From Macrostomum lignano (taxonomy: Eukaryota): 64,000 bases of DNA. Under the pieces are notes generated by a model. It did no database searches, was not told the DNA's origin, and saw only the letters and a list, made by a program, of their open reading frames with translations. This document shows, piece after piece, positions 1 to 11,939 of this stretch (the stretch's first letter is position 1; each line of letters begins with the position of its first letter). A program made the position numbers and the translations under genes. Location: the NCBI GenBank assembly GCA_002269645.1, contig NIVC01000462.1, forward strand, positions 401,516 through 465,515. Direction: 5' to 3'.

Positions 1-584
1 GATTCGTCTGCTGGCTTCAGTTTTTGCTATTTGAAAGGTTTTGTGACGAAATTTGCTCCTGTGGAGTCCAATGAACAGCTGATGCAGAAGGACGCTGCAT
101 TCGAAAATCTCAAATTAATCGAGCACGTGTTCCGTTCGGTCAGTTATGCTGCTAAGTTTATATAGAGAAAATGTTTTTTTAAACAGATTTTGAGAAGATT
201 TGCTTTTTTGCATGAGCACTAAATGGGGCTTCCCGATGGGACAAATTAGGGATGAAAAAATCTGTATAGAAAAAAACACACTGAAAGAGACAGGAGCAGC
301 TGAAACTTTGGTTGTTTGCCGGTCTCCGATGGCATTTCAGGAAGAAAAATACCTTGATAAAATTGTGAGGTTTTTGAGCGAGTTTTGAGTGCAGCGTCCT
401 TGAACTTCAGTTGTCCATGTAGCGTTTTTATACCAGAGCAAAAAGTAGGGAAAGGACTGTTTTGCAAAAAGATCACAAAAAAACGTGAGCCACTCAGGCG
501 CAGGGCTCTCCAGCATCCTGGTCGGAGGATGAAGCTGGCGACAGCTCAGACAGGCTGTAGTTGGCTACAGCCAACTAGCTGATT

Positions 585-734
585 TTAGCGCGACGCTTTG
601 GAGACCGCGGGACTGGCAGCAGCAGCTGCAGCCTCCCGGAACTGCCCACCATCATTGCTGATGTCGGGCCTGAGGTGCAACAGCTGGCTGCGTTGCTCGG
701 TCAGGTTCTGCTTGCGCCACTTAATACGGCGATT
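585..734 (-). CDS. not: Not homeobox gene, exon 3 (end of homeodomain helix 3 and C-terminus)
   Basis: Manual translation after a ccgcag acceptor (AG at 735-736): NRRIKWRKQNLTEQRSQLLHLRPDISNDGGQFREAAAAAASPAVSKASR then TAA (585-587). Phase-0 join to exon 2 gives WFQ|NRR, the common homeobox intron position. Confidence 0.93.
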   Translation of the reverse strand, partial: NRRIKWRKQNLTEQRSQLLHLRPDISNDGGQFREAAAAAASPAVSKASR

Positions 735-1004
735 CTGCGGGGATCAGGTAGAAGAGCTGATGACTCAAATTCCCGAAGTGTTCTGCCAAGTAGCTTAATC
801 TCCTACTTGAAGATTTTGAACAGGTTTTAAACTCGATGGAATTTGTGGAAATTTGAGTGCTCATCCCGCCGACCCCCCGCCGCCTGAGGACGCACAGGCT
901 CTCACAATCGCAGATCTATCTATCCCTAGATGGGCTCCGACCATAGACTGTAGCTTCTGCCGCTCTCAATAATCAGCAGCAGCTGTTGTCTATGGCCCAA
1001 ACCC

Positions 1005-1366
1005 AGGGGGGCCGTAGCCCAGCGGTAGCGCAGCTGCTCTGGTGTGCCAGCGACCCAAGCTCGATTCCAAGTGCAGTCAAATTAATTTGGGGCTGAATTG
1101 GAATCTCGGCTTGGCTCTGCTCGTGCAATTAACGGCCTTGAGAGCCAACCCCCCAAGGCGCAGTGAAGTGTACATGCCTAACGATAATATAAAGTTAGGG
1201 CCGCTGTACACTCCTGTGTGAGTGTGTGCCTGCGTACGTATCCGCGCGCTTGTATGCCTGCTCAGGGGAGTCGGTGGAATGGGCAGTAATGCCTCTCGCC
1301 AGTTGTGTGCCAATGTCGCTTAAAGTGCGCCAGGGTGCACACAACCCCCCTGCCTCTAATAAAAAA
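1005..1366 (+). mobile_element. tRNA-derived SINE, family A, in Not intron 2, with 13-bp target-site duplication
   Basis: A-box-like TAGCCCAGCGG, B-box-like GCTCGATTCC, A-rich tail TAATAAAAAA. ATGGCCCAAACCC is repeated at 992-1004 and 1367-1379. A second, inverted copy lies at 38144-38446. Confidence 0.85.
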
Positions 1367-1439
1367 ATGGCCCAAACCCCGTGGTTTTCGGGGCCTCGGA
1401 GCCAGCATCTGCCCCCAACATTCATTAATTAGCACTTAC

Positions 1440-1594
1440 CTGGAACCACACCTTCACCTGGGCCTCGGTGAGATCTAGCTCCGCAGCCAGGTAGAACCGC
1501 TCCGAGCCAACCATATACTGCTGCCTCTCGAACTCAGCCTCGAGTCGTTCAAGCTGGTCAGGTGTAAAAATGGTGCGGATTCGCTTGCTTCTAC
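1440..1594 (-). CDS. not: Not homeobox gene, exon 2 (homeodomain helices 1-3)
   Basis: [51 protein letters not shown] followed by a GTAAGT donor (1434-1439). QQYMVG..ER and RRIKWRK are diagnostic of the Not family. Phase-1 acceptor at 1594 (alternative at 1621). Confidence 0.93.
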
Positions 1595-2060
1595 CTGTAG
1601 GCTGGTGCTGCAGCTGCAAACCTGGTTGTTGATTGGAAAAGCAGGGGTAATGGCAATTCATGTTTTGACGAGCAGGTGTTGAATAAACAAACGACGATTA
1701 TTATCTTAAAGAGACCAATTTTTTTCTGCTCCTGTGCAATTGGAGCCACAGCTATTGTGTGCCTGAGCGATGGGCCACTGCAATTTCTGTTATTGAATGC
1801 AATGACCGAAAAAATTACAGAAATTATCTAAAAATATACCGCTCAGACACCTATCGTGCAATCATGTAGCTATCTAGAGAAATTCTAAAACATCCGAGTC
1901 ACCGGAGAAAGAGCTGGCGCGACTTTAAGACTGCGGATGGTTTCCTTCGCTGGCACATGGCGATATCCGCGGACAACCAAAGTAGAGGTAGTGGTGTTCG
2001 GGGCGGCAATTTACATGCGATTTCCAAAGCCAAGAATTCTACATGTACATTCATTTTAAA

Positions 2061-2350
2061 GCCGCAGGCACTCAATGTAGCGCCGCAGGCACTCAGTTTT
2101 AGCGCCGCAGTCACTCATTTTAGCGCCGCAGGCATTCATTTTAGCGCCGCAGGCATTCATTTTAGCGCCGCAGGCATTCATTTTAGCGCCGCAGGCATTC
2201 ATTTTAGCGCCGCAGGCATTCATTTTAGCGCCGCAGGCATTCATTTTAGCGCCGCAGGCACTCAGTTTAGCGCCGCAGGCATTCATTTTAGCGCCGCAAG
2301 CATTCATTTTAGCGCCGCAAGCATTCATTTTAGCGCCGCAGGCACTCATT
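2061..2350. repeat. 21-bp minisatellite (CATTCATTTTAGCGCCGCAGG)n
   Basis: About 13 tandem units in Not intron 1; same family as 42241-43335. Confidence 0.95.
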
Positions 2351-2639
2351 TGCTAATAATGACACCCTACGGGAAATTTAAGAGTCGTAAATGCGATTGT
2401 TAGACTCCCCCCGTCACTGATTTCTGGACAAATAGTTAGCCTTCGGTAGTTTCTCTCCTTATCTCACATTGAATAAAAAGTAAATAAAAAATCATGCAGA
2501 GCTTTTGACGAGTGAAAATTTTTTGTCCATTCAAGTCATACCTCGGCAGGCAGACAAAAAATAGGCGGCAAATCAACGAATAAACACCTCAAACTTTATT
2601 CTGCTTTTCCCCTACATACAGCTTTCCCATTCACTGCGA

Positions 2640-3470
2640 TACACTCATACACATCATACACATCATGCACATCATACACATCATACACATCATACACATC
2701 ATGCACATCATACACATCATACACATCATACACATTATACACATCATGCACATCATACACATCATGCACATCATACACATCATACACATCATACACATCA
2801 TACACATCATACACATCATGCACATCATACACATCATACACATCATGCACATCATACACATCATGCACATCATACACATCATACACATCATACACATCAT
2901 GCACATCATACACATCATACACATCATGCACATCATACACATCATGCACATCATACACATCATACACATCATACACATCATGCACATCATACACATCATG
3001 CACATCATACACATCATACACATCATACACATCATACACATCATACACATCATGCACATCATACACATCAGGCACATCATACACATCATACACATCATAC
3101 ACATCATGCACATCATACACATCATGCACATCATACACATCATGCACATCATACACATCATGCACATCATACACATCATACACATCATGCACATCATACA
3201 CATCATGCACATCATACACATCATACACATCATACACATCATGCACATCATACACATCATACACATCATGCACATCATACACATCATGCACATCATACAC
3301 ATCATACACATCATACACATCATACACATCATGCACATCATACACATCATACACATCATACACATCATACACATCATACACATCATACACATCATGCACA
3401 TCATACACATCATACACATCATGCACATCATACACATCATACACATTATGCACATCATACACATCATACA
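2640..3470. repeat. 9-bp tandem repeat (CATCATACA/CATCATGCA)n
   Basis: Read directly; source of the MMC/HII/YDV ORFs. Confidence 0.97.
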
Positions 3471-3841
3471 CTCAGGAAGCCTGGGGAGAAAAAATATTAA
3501 TTAATTAAATACTTATTTAACCATGATTAAAGCATCCAGTTAAAACCATGTGGTACTATTTGCTATTTTATTTCTAAGCCACATAATATACACCTTAAAT
3601 ATACACTGGTGGACACTGAAAATGATCCACCCTGATCTAGCGAGACATTTCTCTCCGATCGCAACAGCATCCCGCGCGGGAACGGTGTTATTCACTGCCA
3701 TTCACCAGTGCATTATTGCGAACTATTCCTATAGTTTACAATTGAATCAGAGAGAAATGGCTCACTAGATCAAGGTGGATCATTTTCAGTGTCTAGAAGT
3801 GTATCTGAAGGTCATAGTAAATTGTTAGCAATGTTCATGAA

Positions 3842-4160
3842 GGGTTGTGGCCTAGTGGTTAGAGCATCAGACTCACGACTTGAAGGTCGAGGGTTCGATT
3901 CTTTACCCTCTCGGAACAATTTGTGTCCTTGAGCAAGACACTGAACTCTGCATTGCTTCAGTTCACCCAGCTGTAAAATGGGTGCCAGCATTAGCTGGGG
4001 TAATTGAGGGTGTGTGGCAACCCCCCCTCCCCAGTCCTTGGACTGAACAGCCGTACGCAGCCTTCAGATGCGCCGCGCAATAGCTGCGGCTGAGCTGTCG
4101 GTTGCACATCTGCTCATTAGGGCAGGTGCAATCAATAATACGAATAATACGAGTATAATA
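3842..4160 (+). mobile_element. tRNA-derived CORE-SINE (family B) in Not intron 1
   Basis: Head has TGGCCTAGTGG A-box and GGTTCGATTC B-box. GTGTCCTTGAGCAAGACACTGAACTCTGCATTGCTTCAGTTCACCCAGCTGTAAAATGGG aligns by eye with the MIR/CORE consensus. Tail has short (AATAATACG) repeats. Confidence 0.8.
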
Positions 4161-4804
4161 GAGTCAAAACCGGCTTAAAACTAACTTTAAAGTGATAATC
4201 GTGAAAAATCCAGAAAACCCCGAAAAACCCGGTGGCCAAATCCGATTATAAGCATTCTCACACTAATCAATTCCTTTCATCTCTAACGTGCGAGGTATTC
4301 CGTGTACTGGATCGGCTCATTGTAACAAACTAATGTCTTCAACATCTTGTTGCTTTGGTTAACCCTACTGTACTCTACAGAGTTTCCTGAGAGGTCTGCC
4401 CCTGTTTGAGTGCTGGTTGCTATGATGAAAACCGTTAACAAAGCGCGAGACTATATCGAGATTTCTATAATAGTTTCAAATAACAATTCACCAGATGAAC
4501 CTGCATCTCTTCAGCCCAGCATCCTCCAGCTTTAGCTAAAATTATTAAGTGTGTAAAATTGAATTCATATCAATACAATTTTGTCTCTGTATCTTGATAT
4601 CCGCTATTGACTGGCTGGGTGCGTTTACTCAAACAACTGAGCTCCAGTTGTTAATTTGAGTTTATTTTTTTATGTTTAATAAGCTCACAACTTTAAAAGC
4701 ATTTATGTCACACCACCACTCAAGGAACAGTGTGTTGCCGTTTTTTAGCTGACTGTCAGGTGCGTCCCAAAATAACCACCGCTAAGCATCCAGTTGGACT
4801 CCAA

Positions 4805-6950
4805 TTTGGGTGTCAGGATTCATATTTGGGTGTCAGAGGTTCTTATTTGGGTGTCAGGATTCATATTTGGGTGTCAGAGGTTCTTATTTGGGTGTCAGAG
4901 ATTCTAATTCTGGTGTCAGAGATTCTAATTCTGGTGTCAGAGATTCTAATTTTGGGCTCTCCTATTCTAATTATGGTGTCAGAGGTTCTAATTCTGGTGT
5001 CAGAGATTCTAATTATGGTGTCAGAGGTTCTAATTCTGGTGTCAGAGATTCTAATTCTGGTGTCAGAGATTCTAATTCTGGTGTCAGAGATTCTAATTCT
5101 GGTGTCAGAGATTCTAATTTTGGGCTCTCCTATTCTAATTCTGGTGTCAGAGATTCTAATTCTGGTGTCAGAGATTCTAATTCTGGTGTCAGAGATTCTA
5201 ATTCTGGTGTCAGAGATTCTAATTTTGGGCTCTCCTATTCTAATTCTGGTGTCAGAGATTCTAATTCTGGTGTCAGAGATTCTAATTCTGGTGTCAGAGA
5301 TTCTAATTCTGGTGTCAGAGATTCTAATTCTGGTGTCAGAGATTCTAATTCTGGTGTCAGAGATTCTAATTCTGGTGTCAGAGATTCTAATTCTGGTGTC
5401 AGAGATTCTAATTCTGGTGTCAGAGATTCTAATTCTGGTGTCAGAGATTCTAATTCTGGTGTCAGAGATTCTAATTCTGGTGTCAGAGGTTCTAATTCTG
5501 GTGTCAGAGATTCTAATTTTGGGCTCTCCTATTCTAATTCTGGTGTCAGAGATTCTAATTCTGGTGTCAGAGATTCTAATTCTGGTGTCAGAGATTCTAA
5601 TTCTGGTGTCAGAGGTTCTAATTCTGGTGTCAGAGATTCTAATTCTGGTGTCAGAGATTCTAATTCTGGTGTCAGAGGTTTTAATTCTGGTGTCAGAGAT
5701 TCTAATTTTGGGCTCTCCTATTCTAATTCTGGTGTCAGAGGTTCTAATTCTGGTGTCAGAGATTCTAATTCTGGTGTCAGAGATTCTAATTCTGGTGTCA
5801 GAGATTCTAATTCTGGTGTCAGAGGTTCTAATTCTGGTGTCAGAGATTCTAATTTTGGGCTCTCCTATTCTAATTCTGGTGTCAGAGATTCTAATTCTGG
5901 TGTCAGAGATTCTAATTCTGGTGTCAGAGGTTTTAATTCTGGTGTCAGAGATTCTAATTTTGGGCTCTCCTATTCTAATTCTGGTGTCAGAGGTTCTAAT
6001 TCTGGTGTCAGAGATTCTAATTCTGGTGTCAGAGATTCTAATTCTGGTGTCAGAGATTCTAATTCTGGTGTCAGAGATTCTAATTCTGGTGTCAGAGATT
6101 CTAATTTTGGGCTCTCCTATTCTAATTCTGGTGTCAGAGATTCTAATTCTGGTGTCAGAGATTCTAATTCTGGTGTCAGAGGTTCTAATTCTGGTGTCAG
6201 AGATTCTAATTCTGGTGTCAGAGATTCTAATTCTGGTGTCAGAGATTCTAATTTTGGGCTCTCCTATTCTAATTCTGGTGTCAGAGATTCTAATTCTGGT
6301 GTCAGAGATTCTAATTTTGGGCTCTCCTATTCTAATTCTGGTGTCAGAGATTCTAATTCTGGTGTCAGAGATTCTAATTCTGGTGTCAGAGATTCTAATT
6401 TTGGGCTCTCCTATTCTAATTCTGGTGTCAGAGATTCTAATTCTGGTGTCAGAGATTCTAATTCTGGTGTCAGAGATTCTAATTCTGGTGTCAGAGATTC
6501 TAATTCTGGTGTCAGAGATTCTAATTCTGGTGTCAGAGATTCTAATTCTGGTGTCAGAGATTCTAATTCTGGTGTCAGAGATTCTAATTCTGGTGTCAGA
6601 GATTCTAATTTTGGGCTCTCCTATTCTAATTCTAGTGTCAGAGATTCTAATTCTGGTGTCAGAGATTCTAATTCTGGTGTCAGAGATTCTAATTCTGGTG
6701 TCAGAGATTCTAATTCTGGTGTCAGAGATTCTAATTCTGGTGTCAGAGATTCTAATTCTGGTGTCAGAGATTCTAATTCTGGTGTCAGAGATTCTAATTC
6801 TGGTGTCAGAGATTCTAATTCTGGTGTCAGAGATTCTAATTCTGGTGTCAGAGATTCTAATTCTGGTGTCAGAGATTCTAATTCTGGTGTCAGAGATTCT
6901 AATTCTGGGGTCGGAAATTCTAATTTTGGGCTCTCCTATTCTAATTTTGG
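4805..6950. repeat. 21-bp minisatellite (TCTAATTCTGGTGTCAGAGAT)n with interspersed 21-bp variant TCTAATTTTGGGCTCTCCTAT
   Basis: About 100 units in Not intron 1; source of the 700+ aa artefact ORFs. Confidence 0.97.
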
Positions 6951-7085
6951 TGTTAGTGAAGGTGCCCATTATCGGGTGTCCATCAGGAGCAGTTACTCTA
7001 AGAACCGAAATGCTCTAACCTGAGCGATAACCTTCAGATGAAGTGTCTTCTGAGCTGAAAAGCCCATAGACACTGCCAAGCTCAC

Positions 7086-7347
7086 CTGCATTGCTTGCAG
7101 ACGCGCCCGAACGCGTCACCTGCTCGGAATTCTTCCTATGCCCGAGAATTTCGTCGATGTTGAAGGTCGAGCAGCCGACACTCTGCTGCGGCTGCAGAGG
7201 CGGCGGCGGCGGGAGAGGCAGCGGTGGACACGGTATGGAATGATTGTTCAGCTGCTTCGAGTGTTGCTGCTGCTTCTGTTGCTGCTGCTGCTGCTGCTGC
7301 AGATATAACCAAGGAAAGTATCTGGCAGCCGCAATGAACTGCTCCAT
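7086..7347 (-). CDS. not: Not homeobox gene, exon 1 (polyQ, polyP, eh1 Groucho-binding motif)
   Basis: ATG at 7347 in good Kozak context; TFNIDEILG is eh1-like (FxIxxIL); GCAG|GTGAGC phase-1 donor at 7086/7085 matches the exon 2 phase; TATA box upstream. Spliced product is about 188-197 aa. Confidence 0.8.
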
Positions 7348-7424
7348 GTCAGGTAATGGTGATTAGTATAGAATCGGAGATGCTCGAAGGAGTTGGATGA
7401 GGCCTGGCAGGGCCAGGCAAAAGC

Positions 7425-7479
7425 ATTTATAGGCCTAATTGAAGGCAAACAGGCCAATGGGAGAGGGGCCCGGGTGGGT
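7425..7479 (-). promoter_or_regulatory. Not core promoter: TATAAAT (7425-7431), CCAAT (7454-7458), GC-box-like GGGTGGG
   Basis: Motifs read directly; TATA lies about 80 nt upstream of the exon 1 ATG. Confidence 0.6.
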
Positions 7480-8029
7480 TGACAATAAAAAATTCGGGAA
7501 AACTGAGGCCTTGAGCAGGGAATTTCTGAGCAGCAAACAGAGCTGCAGATCCACCCCATTGGGTCACAGAGATGAATGAGCCAAGGAGGCGGGTGTGTGT
7601 GTGCTTAAGGAGCTCTGTGAGAACCTCCACACATTCGCGTCATCCTTCCTTCATCATCATCAATCCAGCCTCCCCTCCCGAGACGCCGCCGCGCGGATCT
7701 CTTCAATTGCTTTTAAAAATTGGTTCCGTGTCATAAAATTGCTGCGCAATGTTTCATCCGCTCCAACGCCTCCATTAGGGGGTCCCAGGAGTCTTCATCC
7801 CCCCGATTTCGCCAAGTTTGAGAGATGAATATTGCAGTGATGCAACTCGCTTTCACACCGTCTGCGGCATTGTTGGCCAATTTGAACCGCCTCAATTAAA
7901 TTCGACCGTGCACGTCTAATTTGAGTTAGTCAGTCTAGATGGCCATTTAATGAGATAAGTTTTAAATTAATAGGTTTGCTGAAGTTGAAAAGCAATGTCC
8001 ATCAATAACAGATTCTTTAGTACACTAAA

Positions 8030-8935
8030 TAACAGACTCACTGACAGACTCACTGACAGACTCACTGACAGACTCACTGACAGACTCACTGACAGATTCA
8101 CTGACAGATTCACTGACAGACTCGCTGACAGACTCACTGACAGACTCGCTGACAGAATCACTGACAGAATCACTGACAGAATCACTGACAGACTCGCTGA
8201 CAGAATCACTGACAGAATCACTGACTGACTCACTGACTGGCTCACTGATAGACTCGCTGACAGACTCACTGACAGACTCACCAACTGACTCACTGACAGA
8301 CTCATTGACAGAATCGCTGACAGACTCGCTGACAGACTCACTGACAGAATCACTGACAGACTCGCTGACATAATCACTGACAGACTCACTGACAGACTCA
8401 CTGACAGACTCGCTGACAGACTCACTGACAGACTCACTGACAGTCTCCCTGACAGAACCACTGACAGACTCACTGACAGACTCGCTGACAGACTCACTGA
8501 CAGACTCGCTGACAGACTAGACTCACTGACAGACTCGCTGACAGACTAGACTCACTGACAGACTCGCTGACAGACTCACTGACAGACTCACTGACAGTCT
8601 CCCTGACAGTACCACTGACAGACTCACTGACAGACTCGCTGACAGACTCGCTGACAGACTCACTGACAGACTCGCTGACAGACTAGACTCACTGACAGAC
8701 TCGCTGACAGACTCACTGACAGACTCACTGACAGTCTCCCTGACAGAACCACTGACAGACTCACTGACAGACTCGCTGACAGACTCACTTACAGACTCGC
8801 TGACAGACCAGACTCACTGACAGACTCGCTGACAGACTCACTGACAGACTCGCTGACAGACTCGCTGACAGACTCACTGACAGACTCGCTGACAGACTCG
8901 CTGACAGACTCACTGAAAATTTGCTGACAGGCTGA
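8030..8935. repeat. 12-bp minisatellite (CACTGACAGACT)n
   Basis: Read directly; upstream of the Not promoter. Confidence 0.95.
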
Positions 8936-9299
8936 CAGAATATCTAATTTTTATACCTTCTTACTTTGTTAAACTTCTCAAGAATTCAAATAAAAAATGT
9001 AAAAAGTGTTGGTGGAACCTTTAATTCGAACTGCAAATATTAAAATTATAGGATAATAAATCTGCTCAGAAAAGGGAGGCACTACAAGTACCATTTTTTA
9101 ATATAAATATTCTAAATTCACCTAATTATTTTCATCGCAATTTTTCTGCAATTTTCTCATCTATTTTTACTTCTGACTATTCGTTTCAGATCTTCCTCTG
9201 CGCGCACCCATCTGGTCGCGTCGGCTCGGCTGAAGCAGTTGGCCATTTTTGCTTTTTCGACTCGCCTTTGCCAAATCCCAGCACAAATTGCCGTGGCCC

Positions 9300-9518
<219 letters not shown>

Positions 9519-9532
9519 TTTGGTGCCCTTGT

Positions 9533-10263
9533 TGTCTGTCTCAGTGTCTGTCTCAGTGTCTGTCTCAGTGTCTGTCTCAGTGTCTGTCTCAGTGTCTGTC
9601 TCAGTGTCTGTCTCAGTGTCTGTCTCAGTGTCTGTCTCAATGTCTGTCTCAGTGTCTGTCTCAGTGTCTGTCTCAGTGTCTGTCTCAGTGTCTGTCTCAG
9701 TATCTGTCTCAGTGTCTGTCTCAGTGTCTGTCTCAGTGTCTGTCTCAGTGTCTGTCTCAGTGTCTGTCTCAGTGTCTGTCTTAGTGTCTGTCTTAGTGTC
9801 TGTCTCAGTGTCTGTCTTAGTGTCTGTCTCAGTGTCTGTCTTAGTGTCTGTCTCAGTGTCTGTCTCAGTGTCTGTCTCAGTGTCTGTCTCAATGTCTGTC
9901 TCAGTATCTGTCTCAGTGTCTGTCTCAGTGTCTGTCTCAGTATCTGTCTCAGTGTCTGTCTCAGTGTCTGTCTCAGTGTCTGTCTCAGTGTCTGTCTCAG
10001 TGTCTGTCTCAATGTCTGTCTCAGTGTCTGTCTCAGTATCTGTCTCAGTGTCTGTCTTAGTGCCTGTCTCAGTGTCTGTCTCAGTGTCTGTCTCAGTGTC
10101 TGTCTCAGTGCCTGTCTCAGTGTCTGTCTCAGTGTCTGTCTCAGTGTCTGTCTCAGTGTCTGTCTCAATGTCTGTCTCAGTGTCTGTCTCAGTGTCTGTC
10201 TCAGTGTCTGTCTCAGTGTCTGTCTCAGTGTCTGTCTTAGTGTCTGTCTCAGTGTCTGTCTCA
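9533..10263. repeat. 12-bp minisatellite (TCAGTGTCTGTC)n
   Basis: Read directly; same family in reverse orientation at 36236-37245. Confidence 0.97.
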
Positions 10264-10745
10264 CCTCATGCCTGTTCCGCAGTCTTCAGCATTAAAGAAT
10301 CGTTTATTTCTCACTCAGCCTCTGCAGGCTCTATTTGAACTCATCCGAGCAAACAGCCATTCGACAATTAAAACCTGTCTTATTTTTTTAATTCCAAGAA
10401 GACACACCTGGATTGGGGGACATAAGCCAGCTGTAAGAAATTAGCAGTGTTTTATCCCCTTTAAAATTGAAAGCAAATTTGAAGAAACTGCTTCTAGGGG
10501 TGGGGAATGAGGGCTTTGGCTTGTTGGCTCAGCGGCTCAAGCAAATGTTGGTTTAATGTGTGGCACCCGGACCTCCGAGCTCTAATTGATGATGGGGAGA
10601 AGCTGGCAGACGAGAGGCCCTTGAACGCCATATTGCTGTCATTATTTCTGCTTTTTAAAAGTAATTTTTGCTCAGTTATTCAAGGCTAAAAATTTCTTCT
10701 AATTACAGGGTCTCAGTGGGTAGCCTCAGGTGGGACCCAGGTAGG

Positions 10746-10975
10746 GGAGAGTGACAAGAGGACAGAGTGACAAGAGGACAGAGTGACAAGAGGACAGAGT
10801 GACAAGAGGACAGGGTGACAAGAGGACAGAGTGACAAGAGGACAGAGTGACAAGAGGACAGGGTGACAAGAGGACAGAGTGACAAGAGGACAGAGTGACA
10901 AGAGGACAGAGTGACAAGAGGACAGAGTGACAAGAGGACAGAGTGACAAGAGGACAGAGTGACAAGGGGACAGAG
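10746..10975. repeat. 16-bp minisatellite (GTGACAAGAGGACAGA)n
   Basis: Read directly. Confidence 0.93.
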
Positions 10976-11434
10976 AAGGTGAGAGGGAGAAGGAGAGAGT
11001 GAGGAGAGTGAGAAGAGAGTGTGAAAAGAAAAGAGTGAGAAGGAGAGTGAGAAGGAGAGTGAGAAGGAGAGTGAAAAGGAGAGTGAGAAAGAGAGTGAGA
11101 AGGAGGGTGAGAAGGAGAGTGAGAAGGAGAGTGAGAAAGAGAGTGAGAAAGAGAGTGAGAAGGAGAGTGAGAAGGAGAGTGAGATGGAGAGTGAGAAGGA
11201 GGGTGAGAAAGAGAGTGAGAAAGAGAGTGAGAAAGAGAGTGAGATGGAGAGTGAGAAGGAGGGTGAGAAAGAGAGTGAGAAAGAGAGTGAGAAAGAGAGT
11301 GAGATGGAGAGTGAGAAGGAGAGTGAGAAAGAGAGTGAGAAAGAGAGTGAGAAAGAGAGTGAGAAAGAGAGTGAGAAAGAGAGTGAGATGGAGAGTGAGA
11401 TGGAGAGTGAGAAGGAGAGTGAGAAGGAGAGTGA
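10976..11434. repeat. 12-bp purine-rich minisatellite (GAGAGTGAGAAR)n
   Basis: Read directly. Confidence 0.93.
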
Positions 11435-11939
11435 GTCTGTTAGGGTGGGTGTTTGGCAAAAAATTGCTGCAAGCAGTGAAGAAAAGCCTGCAAAAGCAAA
11501 ACTGGGAATTTTCCTGGCTCAAGTGGAGTTGGGGTTATTAATTTGCCTGGTGGGGGGGGCCGTAAGGGCGGCCACACCCGAGAAGGCCTAAGAAGGCAGG
11601 TTGATTGAAAGGGATCGAATATTCATCTTCTGCTCTATTGAGATTTAATGACCAGATTAAACGGGTCTGAGGGGAAGGCAAACACGTTGGCTCACACACG
11701 CCAGTCGCAAGGGTCTTTTGCCCCTTAATTCATTCTCGTCCCTCTGATGCATTCCCCCTGTATGAAGTCGCCCTGCTCACTTTCGATGGCTCGATTTAAT
11801 ATTGCCTTCCATCTCTCCATCTTTCGCGAGGAACATTGCTTAATTGCCTCCTCCCCATAGCATTCGACAGGACCTTGGTTGCGCTGTAAACCGCCCGTGT
11901 GAAGCTCGTGTCTCTTCTTTGCCGCTCACTGGGCCTTAG

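Noticed and set aside
1425-1661. Stand-alone 78-aa homeobox ORF, or Emx/Vax identity
   Set aside because: It is exon 2 read through into introns; a GTAAGT donor follows WFQ. QQYMVG and RRIKWRK indicate Not rather than Emx or Vax.
3842-3910. tRNA gene (also 1009-1078 and 38375-38446)
   Set aside because: A and B boxes are present but the stems are broken and each head continues into a SINE body.
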